A stretch of DNA of 64,000 bases, taken from an uncultured Burkholderiales bacterium. Its GTDB lineage: Bacteria > Pseudomonadota > Gammaproteobacteria > Burkholderiales > Eutrophovitaceae. The stretch is from contig CATOSA010000021.1 of NCBI GenBank assembly GCA_951812315.1, positions 18,705-82,704 of the forward strand, read 5' to 3'. The notes beneath the pieces were generated by a model that was not told the DNA's origin, made no database searches, and saw only the letters and a program-made list of their open reading frames with translations. Shown here piece by piece: positions 40,901-49,800 of this stretch (its first letter is position 1; every line of letters begins with the position of its first letter). A program made the position numbers and the translations under genes.

Positions 40901-41348
40901 TGACGCGCTTCGGCGCTTCGACGAACAGGGCGGCCTTTTGGGGCGGATAGATCTTCTCCCGCGCCTTCTCGATGCCCATTTTCTAGCCGGCGAGATCGAG
41001 ATTGCGTTGGCGGGTGCAATCGAGGAACTTAACAGGCTGCGAAAGAGCCAAGTAATTTTCCTCGAACAGCAAGTGCTGGAACTGTTAGGCCGCATTCATT
41101 CCCATCCCGAGTGCTACCAACCAGACAAGGCTAGTCAGTACTTTTTGGCGGCTCGTAGATCGGCGGAGAAATTTGGCGGCCGCACAACCATAGCTCACAC
41201 CTATGCCGGACTCGGCAGGCTGAATATATCGATGGGTAAAACGCCGGACGCCCGAGAAGAACTGACTCGCGCATGCGAAATGTATCGCGACATGGACATG
41301 ACCTACTATCTACACAAGGCAGAAGAAGATCTAGTCGGACTCGGATGA
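37983..41348 (+). CDS. Double zinc ribbon / class III nucleotidyl cyclase / P-loop NTPase (AAA_16-like) / TPR protein, 1121 aa
   Basis: Four CxxC pairs at the N-terminus. Cyclase motifs VLFADLTGS, MGDGIMALFG and HLAARME. Walker A GEPGVGKSRL and Walker B LVLMFEDLHWID. The C-terminal ~600 aa is helical repeats. Confidence 0.85.
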   Translation: MQCSRCQHENPANAKCCEECASSLLRACSNCGTQLRPNAKFCPQCAHAVDATPDSGQETRGSPTSYTPKYLADKILTSRNALEGERKLVTVLFADLTGSMELLADRDPEEARAILDPVLGHMMDAVHAYEGTVNQVMGDGIMALFGAPIAQEDHAVRACYAAKRMQERISSYGDEVQRKFGVPIQIRVGLHSGEVVVRSIGSDLKMDYSAIGQTTHLAARMEQTAKPGTVLATAAMVALAEGFIQVNPLGPVAVKGMSELVDVFELTGAFARRTRLQARAASGGLSQFVGRKHEFEVLAKATNFARQGKGQAVAVVGEPGVGKSRLYWEFAHSHHTNGCLVVEASSVSYGKATSFLPVIDLLKSYFQIGDSDDARRVREKLTGKLLTLDRTLESDLPPLLALLDQPVTDEQWQQFGPPLRRRRTLAALKRLWLREAQNQPLVLMFEDLHWIDGETQALLNELLDGIPAAQILLLFNYRPEYRSPWGNKTFFNQLRLDTLPVESTQELLTSLLGSEPALEPLKQMLVKRGNPFFLEESVRTLLETGNLVGERGAYKLARPIEALQIPASVQTILTARIDRLDSEDKRLLQTAAAIGKDVPFELLKAVAEIDESDINQVLVRLQSAEFVYEAGLYPDVEYTFKHALTHEVAYGGLTKERRCKLHARIANAIEQIYGERIDEHMERLAHHSLRGEVWDKAVDFSRQAGARAFARSANAEAVRWWEQALEATEHLPDGKDKTGKQIDIRLELRGPLITLGNTTKCLELARQAESIAEDANDRYRTASALAHQVHPQYQSCEVRSAIATSRRAMTIATEDEYIDVQIIASTFLPPALQLTGHWEEADTLFRTNISRLSGHIELQRFGNPTIPAASTRAMYAMMLRWAGRFQDALELLEQAADIARRASHPYSDVFVFYGACAVLGLKGDFSQAIEKGERAVEICEACEGWLLYPWVSGALGSVYAQSGRTREGIDLMTDALRRFDEQGGLLGRIDLLPRLLDAHFLAGEIEIALAGAIEELNRLRKSQVIFLEQQVLELLGRIHSHPECYQPDKASQYFLAARRSAEKFGGRTTIAHTYAGLGRLNISMGKTPDAREELTRACEMYRDMDMTYYLHKAEEDLVGLG

Positions 41349-41361
41349 AGGCATTTCACTG

Positions 41362-44300
41362 ATGCAGTGCCACAACTGTCAACACGACAATCCCGCCGAA
41401 ATGAAATTCTGTGGTGAATGTGGCGCGCGACTGGTCGCGATATGTACGTCATGCGGCACAGCCAATTCTCCCCAGCAGAAGTTTTGTGGCGAATGCGGTA
41501 GCAAGCTCGCTGAGACAACTACGCCAACGCCCGCCCCATCGCCAAACACTTATACACCGAAGTACCTCGCCGACAAGATCCTCACGTCACGCACCGCGCT
41601 CGAAGGCGAACGCAAGCAGGTCACGGTGTTGTTTGCCGACCTCACTGGTTCGATGGAACTACTCGCCGATCGCGACCCGGAAGAAGCGCGTGCCATTCTC
41701 GATCCTGTCCTCGAACACATGATGGAATCAGTGCATCACTACGAGGGTACCGTCAATCAGGTCATGGGCGACGGCATCATGGCCTTGTTCGGCGCACCGA
41801 TAGCGCAGGAAGATCATGCGGTTCGTGCGTGCTATGCGGCACTACGGATGCAATCTGCAATTCACGCCTACAGCGATGAAAAACGCACTACAGACGGCGT
41901 CACAATTCAGATACGTGTCGGTATCAATTCTGGTGACGTCGTGGTGCGATCGATCGGTAGTGATCTGAGAATGGATTACTCCGCGATCGGGCAGACGACG
42001 CATCTGGCCGCGCGCATGGAGCAACTAGCAGAACGCGGGACATGCCTGATCACGCTGGAGACGCTTCGACTGGTCGAGGGCTATGTGCAGGTGCGCTCGC
42101 TCGGTCGAGTGCCGGTCAAGGGAATGAACAAGCCAGTCGAGACGTTTGAGCTTACCGGCGCATTGACACGTCGCTCTCGATTGCAGGCACACTCCACGCG
42201 CGGACTAAGCGAATTCGTAGGGCGGCAACGAGAGTTCGAAGTGCTGGCAGAAGCCGCGCAAAATGCTCGGGAAGGTAAAGGCCAGGCTGTGGCAATTGTC
42301 GGCGAGCCGGGCGTGGGCAAATCGCGGCTGTATTGGGAATTTACGCGATCACACCATACGCAGGGCTGTGTCATTGTCGAAGCCGGGTCTGTTTCCTACG
42401 GTAAGGCAACATCCTTCCTGCCGCTCATCGACTTGCTCAAGAGTTACTTCGATATCGGTGAACGCGACGATGCGCGAAGCATTCAGGAGAAGGTTACCGG
42501 CAAGCTGTTAACACTGGACCGAAGACTTTAACCGTTACTTCCGCCGCTGCTCGCGCTGCTTGATCAGCCGGTTGAAGACGAACGGTGGCAACAGTTTGAC
42601 CCTCAACAACGGCGCCGCAAAACGCTCGACGCACTCAAGCAATTGTGGCTGCGCGAAGCGAAGAACCAGCCGCTGGTCTTGGTATTCGAGGATTTGCACT
42701 GGATTGATTCCGAGACACAGGAATTTCTGAACGAGTTCCTGGAGAAAGTTCCGGCATCGCAAATTCTCATGCTATTTAACTACCGGCCAGAGTATCGACA
42801 CCCATGGGGCAGCAAGACGTTTTTCGATCAGTTGCGCCTGGACGCGCTTCCGGCAGAGAGCGCAGAAGAACTGCTAACTGGCCTGTTGGGAAGGGATGCC
42901 GATCTCGCACCACTGAAACAGATGCTGGTCAGGCGCGGCAATCCGTTCTTTCTCGAAGAGACGGTACGCACGTTGATAGAGACTGGCACATTGATCGGCG
43001 ATCGCGGCGACTTCCGCCTCGTCAAACCCATTGAGACGCTGCAGATACCACCTACGGTGCAGAGCATGCTGGCAGCACGCATCGACAGGCTGGAAGCAGA
43101 CGACAAGCGACTGCTTCAAACGGCCGCGGTAATCGGCAAAGACGTCGCCTTCGTCCTGCTAAAGGCAATCTCCGATCTTGACGAGGAGCAACTCACGTTC
43201 GCGCTCGCACGCCTTCAAGCTTCAGAGTTTGTTTATGAAGCGGGCCTGTTTCCCGATCTCGAATACACGTTCAAACACGCGCTCACACATGAAGTCGCTT
43301 ACGCCGGACTGACCCAGGAGCGAAAACGACATCTGCACGCACGTATTGTCGATGCGATCGAGCACACATACGCCAGCCGTATTGACGAGCACATTGAACG
43401 ACTTGCGCACCACGCACTACGCGGCGAGGTCTGGGAAACATCAGTCAACTACCTCAGACGAGCAGGCCAGCGCGCGTTCGCGCGCTCTGCCTACGCCGAG
43501 GCCGTCAACTGGTGGGAACAAGCGCTGAAAGCAACGAAAAACTTACCCGACGGCCAAAGCATAACCAATCAGGAAATTGATATTCGCCTGGAGTTAAGAG
43601 GCCCTCTATTCGCACTGGGTAAACTGGAAAAGACCATGGAGCATATATCGGTCGCCCAGCAATTGGCAGAACGCGAAGGTGATCATTACCGAACGGCACT
43701 TGCGCTGGCATACCAAGTGCAAGCTCGACTGTTCACGTGCGATGTAAGTAAAGCGCTATCCGTCGGCCAACGCGCCCTGCTAATCGCAGAGGAGCAAAAC
43801 TACACCGACGTTCGGGTAATTGCGGGATTGTATTTGCCTCACATGCTTCAGGCCCAAGGAGCACCTCGCGAGGCGGAAGCACAGCAGCGCGCGAATATCG
43901 AATCACTTTCGGCTGTCCCGGAGAACGAACGCTTTAACATGCCAGCGCTCCCGGTCACATATGAGTACGGCATGTATGCGCAGATGGCAGCTGACTTTGG
44001 CAATTTTTCTCAGGCAGAGGAACTGTTACAACGCGCAAGCGATTCTGCGCAACGCGTATCGCTTCCATATGGCCAAGCCTACGTGTACTTTAGCACTTGC
44101 ATGGTTCAATGGATAAAGGGTGAATTTGGCGAGGCAATAGCGGCAGGAGAAGAAGGCATGAGAATCTGCGACGCGAACGGTATCAATATGTTTCGCGTCT
44201 GGGTCGCGATGAATCTGGCTATGTCTTATGCGAAAGCGGATCGCGCATCAGAGGCTGTCAAGCTGTTTGATGACACATTGCCCCAATTCGACGAGATGGG

Positions 44301-44718
44301 AATCGTATATGGACGATTGATCGCGTTGCCACTGCTTGCCAACGCTTACCTTGCAGATGGAGAACTTCCTGCGTCACTCAAGGCTGCAGACGATGCGATC
44401 AGGATTCAAGCAAAAAACAGCACGAACCTCCAGCGCCCGATGACGCTTGAAGTACTTGGTCGAATTCATTCGCACCCAAGCTACTTCAAACCGGAACAGG
44501 CAGAAACGTATTTTCGCCAAGCAAGGGAATCTGCGGAGCTGCAGGGGAGCCGCGTCAATATTGCCCATAGCCATGCCGGGGTGGGCAGATTGCACGCCAG
44601 ACTGAACAACCGCGCAGTGGCAAGGGAGGAACTCACCCGTGCAAGCAATATGTACCGTGAGATGGAAATGAACGTCTATCTAGGACAAACACAAGAGGAC
44701 CTTGCCGATCTGGGCTAA
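41362..44718 (+). pseudogene. Paralog of the upstream cyclase-NTPase-TPR gene, interrupted by one in-frame TAA at 42529-42531
   Basis: Same motifs in the same order. Translation across the stop is colinear with the paralog (LDRRL*PLLPPLLALLDQP against LDRTLESDLPPLLALLDQP). Confidence 0.8.
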
Positions 44719-44758
44719 TTTGCGATCCATCAACCTGGCGATACCGCCGCGCCGGAAA

Positions 44759-44974
44759 CTAACGCTCGTCGGTCTTTCCGCCCGGGTTTGAACTGCCCGA
44801 CGCGTCCGCTTTACTGTCGGGCGGATGCAACCAGTCAGCAATTTCCTGCATTTCTTCAAGCGCTGCGACTATGTTCTCCAGCGGCAGTTTCGCCCAACGT
44901 TTGATCTGCTCGCGGCGTGCACCCTCCCAGGTGGTAAGGCTCCAGTCGATTTCCTCGATACCAGCTCTACTCAT
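44759..44974 (-). CDS. Small hypothetical protein (71 aa) coupled to the upstream nucleotidyltransferase-fold gene
   Basis: Its ATG overlaps the upstream gene's 3' end by 8 bp. No motif recognised. Confidence 0.4.
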   Translation of the reverse strand: MSRAGIEEIDWSLTTWEGARREQIKRWAKLPLENIVAALEEMQEIADWLHPPDSKADASGSSNPGGKTDER

Positions 44975-45476
44975 TCGTGTCTTGGCCGTCCAGTTTGCTG
45001 AGTTGCGCTACGTCGCTAAGGTCTTCCGGTCGCCCGACATTGCGCTTCATTTCAATTAGTGTCGCAAGTGAGACAAAGCGTACAGATACCGTCGCGTACA
45101 GAGGCTTCACGAGAGCACGCTCATATCCTTCTTCGAAAGAAAACGGCTCATCAACGAACATGTCAATTGGTGTTTCCCGATGCGCATCGCTCCAGAACTG
45201 CAAAACCTGCATACCTTTTTCTTGCAACCACTCTTGCCGTTGTGCGGGATCAGCAAACTGCGTTGCAGTCACCGGCACGGACGGCCGGTAACCGAGGCTA
45301 TCCAGGGCGGTAAACGCTCGTGAGATATTATCTGGAACGAGTTGAACGACGATGTCGATATCCTTGGTAAAACGCAGAATGCCATGCGCGTTAACCGCAA
45401 GACCGCCCGCCACAAGGTATCGCACACCACTCGAATCGAGGGCTTTCGCTATCATCTCAAAACTGGCGAGCCGCAT
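44967..45476 (-). CDS. Nucleotidyltransferase-fold protein (169 aa), toxin-antitoxin or abortive-infection-like
   Basis: Pol-beta-type NTase signature hGG-x13-DhDh: LVAGGLAVNAHGILRFTKDIDIVV. Confidence 0.55.
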   Translation of the reverse strand: MRLASFEMIAKALDSSGVRYLVAGGLAVNAHGILRFTKDIDIVVQLVPDNISRAFTALDSLGYRPSVPVTATQFADPAQRQEWLQEKGMQVLQFWSDAHRETPIDMFVDEPFSFEEGYERALVKPLYATVSVRFVSLATLIEMKRNVGRPEDLSDVAQLSKLDGQDTNE

Positions 45477-45521
45477 GCCTACATAGTACCCGGATGCGGC
45501 AAGGACGCGAAGACCGGGGTA

Positions 45522-46012
45522 TTACTTCATGGAGCAGAAGTGTTGCTGCATTCTTGTGGCATCCGGCGTAATACCGGTAAACAGCCGAAACGCCTCGGCC
45601 GCCTGATACACCGCCATACCGGACCTGTCCAGCGTTCGGCATCCGAGCGCCTTTGCTTACCGCAGCAGTTCAGTTTCGAGCGGAAAGTAGACGATCTCTG
45701 CGACCCATAACTCCGGACGGAGCAAACTTGCTGGCAAAGGCAATCCGGGATGGTTCCCCATTTCCGTCGGCGTCGCGTGGATCAAGCCGTCCGCTTCGAA
45801 AATTTCGGTTCCGATATCAACCACCGCCACCGCTTTGCTTTCTCCGAAACGTTCTACCAGCTCGGAAGTAAGCCTTCGGGCGCGTTCCACGTCGACATCG
45901 AAAAGAACAAACCGCTCGACACCGATGGTTAGCGCAGTATAGGCAACGGCCGCGCCGGCGCCGAGTTGCAACACCCGGTGCAACGCGACTTCCGGAAGGC
46001 CGTGGCGGAAAA
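45522..46012 (-). pseudogene. Decayed C-terminal half of a shikimate-dehydrogenase-like gene, paralog of 49801-50655
   Basis: Colinear at DNA and protein level with 49801-50290 (FRHGLPEVALHRVLQLGAG..., ...PELWVAEIVYFPLETELLR). It has an in-frame TAA at 45657-45659, a 9-nt deletion in the GxGGxG region, and no N-terminal half. Confidence 0.75.
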
Positions 46013-46017
46013 TCCTG

Positions 46018-46155
46018 GCCGCCGCACAACCATAGCTCACGCGCACGCCGGCCTCGGCAGACTAAATGGATCGATGGGCAAGACTACAGAGGCTCAAGAA
46101 AGACTGGCCCGGGCCTGTGACATATATCGCGATATGGACATGACTTACTATCTAC
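46018..46155 (+). pseudogene. 3'-terminal fragment of a third cyclase-NTPase-TPR paralog
   Basis: RTTIAHAHAGLGRLNGSMGKTTEAQERLARACDIYRDMDMTYYL matches the C-terminus of 37983-41348 (RTTIAHTYAGLGRLNISMGKTPDAREELTRACEMYRDMDMTYYL). Confidence 0.7.
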
Positions 46156-46185
46156 GATCTCGATTAGTGGCGACCGCGATACTCG

Positions 46186-47565
46186 CTACAAGAGAAAGTC
46201 CACGTAGCGCTGGCTGAAGTTGACGATGTTAGGCAAGACGGCGGGCATGCTCGAATCCGATACGCCCAACCAACGCGCAAACGTCGCCGCGTACTGATCA
46301 ACAGACGTTGACGGCAACAGATTTCCCTGCCGAACGTCTTCGGGGGGTATTGAAGGCAACTTGAGGAAATGTGCCATAGATATCGCCACCTCGTACCGCG
46401 TCTCCCACCGCGAAGTGATGCGCCCCCAACCATGATCGGATCCGTCGCCGTTGCTGGTCAGCGTGCGCCCGAAATCCGACGCTGTAAACAAGGTGACATT
46501 GCTCTCCATGCTCATTTCTCCCAGCCAGGCGTAGAATGCAGCGACTGCCTGATCCAGCGTCTGCATCAAATTGCCGTGCCGGTCGAGCAAAAAGTCATGA
46601 TTGTCAAAACCGCCCAGGCTCACAAAAAACACCTGCCGGTTGGTGCCCAGTGATCCGCGCGCGAAAATCATCCGCGCAACGATATTCAATTGCGATGCCA
46701 GTCGGTTGCCGCTCGGAATCGGCGTCATGAACTGCGACGCCGGTGGCAACGAAGATGACAGCAGCGCGTTCGAGTCAATCGATCGCGCTGTGACATTGCC
46801 TAATTCGTCTTCAAACAAATGGGGGCTATTGCGTCTGATCAGTTGCTGGTAGCGACTGCTTGCGCTCGACGATCCATACAGGCTGCCTGAAATGCCGCGG
46901 ATGCTGATCGCGCCGCTGGTACTCATCTGGTATTGCAGCACGTTCTCGCCTGACAGAAACACAGTGTTGCCGGCCGCCGAGACTGCCGTGAAGATCGGCA
47001 GTCCATTCTGCGAGGCAAGCATGTCTCCCATGCGTCCGCCCCAGCCCCGGCGCGCGCCCTCGCCGACTGCCGTGTTGGCTTGCCAGACCGACTGCTGGTC
47101 ATTATGGGAAAACAGTTTTGGCGGCAGCGGGACCGAGCGGTTCTGGTACTGCGCCATGGTCGTTGGCTGTATCAGCGGCCCGACATTCGCCATGACGGCA
47201 AGATTGCCGTTGTCATACAAGGCATTTAACGAGGTCAGCGCCGGATGAAACGCAAACGACTGGCCACCTTGGGACGCCACCGGCGCCGTTGCTGTGGCCG
47301 ACAAGGCGTTGCGCATGAGCGCAATATCCGGCCGCGAATTGAAGTACTCGTCATACTCCGTCTGGTCGTACGGAACAATGGTATTGGTATGGTCATTGCC
47401 GCCAAATAGAAACAGACACACTACCGCTCGATAACCGCCGGCCATCTGTGCCGATGCGGCACCAATGCTGGCAAGGTTCAGCGCAAAAGGCGCAGCCGTG
47501 CCGGTAAATGACAGCGCTGACGCGCGCTTGAGAAACTCGCGGCGGGAAATTCTGGATGCAGTCAT
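46186..47565 (-). CDS. DUF1501 family protein with Tat signal (sulfatase-like fold)
   Basis: MTASRISRREFLKRASAL twin-arginine signal. Shows the usual DUF1800-DUF1501 pairing. The start at 47565 is chosen over the 47718 extension. Confidence 0.8.
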   Translation of the reverse strand: MTASRISRREFLKRASALSFTGTAAPFALNLASIGAASAQMAGGYRAVVCLFLFGGNDHTNTIVPYDQTEYDEYFNSRPDIALMRNALSATATAPVASQGGQSFAFHPALTSLNALYDNGNLAVMANVGPLIQPTTMAQYQNRSVPLPPKLFSHNDQQSVWQANTAVGEGARRGWGGRMGDMLASQNGLPIFTAVSAAGNTVFLSGENVLQYQMSTSGAISIRGISGSLYGSSSASSRYQQLIRRNSPHLFEDELGNVTARSIDSNALLSSSLPPASQFMTPIPSGNRLASQLNIVARMIFARGSLGTNRQVFFVSLGGFDNHDFLLDRHGNLMQTLDQAVAAFYAWLGEMSMESNVTLFTASDFGRTLTSNGDGSDHGWGRITSRWETRYEVAISMAHFLKLPSIPPEDVRQGNLLPSTSVDQYAATFARWLGVSDSSMPAVLPNIVNFSQRYVDFLL

Positions 47566-47575
47566 GTCTGACTCT

Positions 47576-49367
47576 CTATTTCTGAACGATGAAATCTGGC
47601 GATGACAATGTGAAGAACACAGCAAGGTGGACGCGGTTGCTGCGCCCGCTTGTCGGCTTGAGCGGATTGATGGAAACCGATTCGACCGCTTCGCGAACCA
47701 GGTCCTTCGTCTCGTCACTCATCGTTCCGTACGTCAATAGCAAGTCAACCCGGTCGATGAGTGCATCTGCATCATCGGCAAGCGCCAATTCTTTCGAGTA
47801 ATTCGGCTGAATGTCACGGGGGGAATTGCTGCCCACTCCTGACGGCACGATGCTGCGCATGAAATTCGAGTACCCCACAACCGAGGTCTCATGCAGAATC
47901 TGGAACTCCGGTGCGACCAGGTTCGCGGACGCAATACGGGTATTTGGCGGCACATATCCCGGCCGATAGAAGTTGAACACAGACGGCGACCGCAGCGGCG
48001 ATTGCCCCAAAGACGAAGTCGAACTGTCGGTATTCCCCAGCAGATAGTTGCGAGAGGCAGAACTCGCGTTATAAGCGCGCATCCATGCAGCCAGACGAAG
48101 CACCGGTTCGCGGACTTTTCCGAAACCCGTTTGTGCCACCATGGAAATATCGCGGGCTTCCTGGTCCAGTAGCACGGCTGCGATCGTGGCACGCATATCA
48201 CCGCGTGCACCAGCGCCGGTACGCCAGCTTCCGTATCGTATATGCTCGAGTTAAACGCCTGCGCGACGCGCGCCACATATCCTGGACTGGGATTGCTGGT
48301 TACAAGCCGCTGTATCAGTTGGCGAGCGAAGAAAGGGGCTACGTTGGAATGATTGAAAATTGTGTCGAGCGCGGTGCGCAAACTGTTTTCAGGGTCAGGC
48401 GTGCCCTGTGCTGGAATCACCGTACCCAGAAAACGTTTCTCTTCGGTAGAGTGAAACTGGGGATAAGATTGCATCGGCAACACATCGCGGTTCGGGTCGC
48501 GAGGCGGATTTGAAGACGAACCGTAAAATCGGCCGTTTTGTTTGTCGGGCCAGCCCAGCTAAAGCCCGTGTACACGTGAGACAAACCAATGATGTCTTCA
48601 TTGTCATAAGTCTCGACTGGCTGGCCACCTACAGTGATCGGCGTACCATCCTGATTGAGTTCGTATAGCCCGATCGAGAAAAGTTGCATCACCTCACGCG
48701 CGTAGTTCTGGTCCGGCACCCGATTTCCGGATGCTTTCTGGTTGCGTAAATAAGAAAGATAAATTCCCATCATCGGATGCAACGTGACCTGTTCCAGGAT
48801 GTGACGATAGTTACTGAACGCTTCACGCCCAAGCATGTCGAGATACGACGCGACACCGCGCTCGTAATTGCCGACTTCACTGTCGCGCATCGGTATTACG
48901 AAGATCTGCGATAGCGCAAATGCCACTTTCTGTCGCAGTTGATCCGGGGCCGTTGCGGCTTCCTTCCAGAACGTATGCTGGATGTGCGATTGGTTTGGAT
49001 TGGTTCCGGACGCAGACACGCTATTGATGTACGCCGCGTGGGCGTTGCGTGGACGCATCGCAAACTGTCGTTGCAGCCACCCCGCGTAGTCGTAGCGCTG
49101 CACGTCCTCAATGGAATCGTCATCGGCTCCGTAACTTGCTTGCGCAAGAAAGCGCGACGCTTCAGGTTCCGTATTTTGCGCAACAAACGGCCCCTCACCC
49201 TCTACGGAAGCACGAGACTCTTCTTCGTTGGCGCCACCACCGCAGGCAGCCAGCACCAAAGCAGAAAAGGACGCAGCAAAAATGCCGCGCCATCGGACAG
49301 GTAAGCGCTCCCCGGACAGCGATCCCTCCGATGAGTTCGATTGCTTCGACAAAGTCTCAGCTTGCAT
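47576..49367 (-). pseudogene. DUF1800 family lipoprotein gene split by two frameshifts
   Basis: Three consecutive ORFs in three frames: 48417-49367, 47734-48483 and 47576-48196. The sense reading switches near 48525-48530 (an A4/T4 run) and near 48212-48232. Lipobox LVLAAC. Confidence 0.75.
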
Positions 49368-49800
49368 TTGCTACATCTCCGTGACGTATCAAACAACTGA
49401 ATCCGCTTACAGCAGTGAATGATTTTCATCCGGCGCGTTCGTCGAGTCGCCAGTTCATGAGTCAAACGCTGTTTGCGACAACGCCAAAAAAGTATAGCCA
49501 CGAAACGAGCGAATTTATCGTCGCGATAAAAATATTTAAATGCGAAAAAACATTCACTTCATGCCAGTGTCGTCGATTGACGTCGCAAATAATGGGAACA
49601 GTTCAGCGGTAATTGTGTGCGCTGCTTCGTGAAACGGGAAGTTTCTCCCGCAACGCGCTCATCTGGCTGACGCCTCGAAATTCGAAGTTGTGCAGGCACG
49701 CGCTTCGTCGAAGTTGTACATCCCGAAGTTCCTCGCAGACACAATCCTCACCTTCCGAATCGCAATTGAGGATGAGCGCAAACAAGTGACAGCTGAATCC

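Noticed and set aside
49683-49732. CGAAGTTGT / CGAAGTTCC repeated three times upstream of the DUF1800 gene
   Set aside because: The repeats are short (8-9 bp), irregularly spaced (26 and 15 bp) and imperfect. This is compatible with chance.
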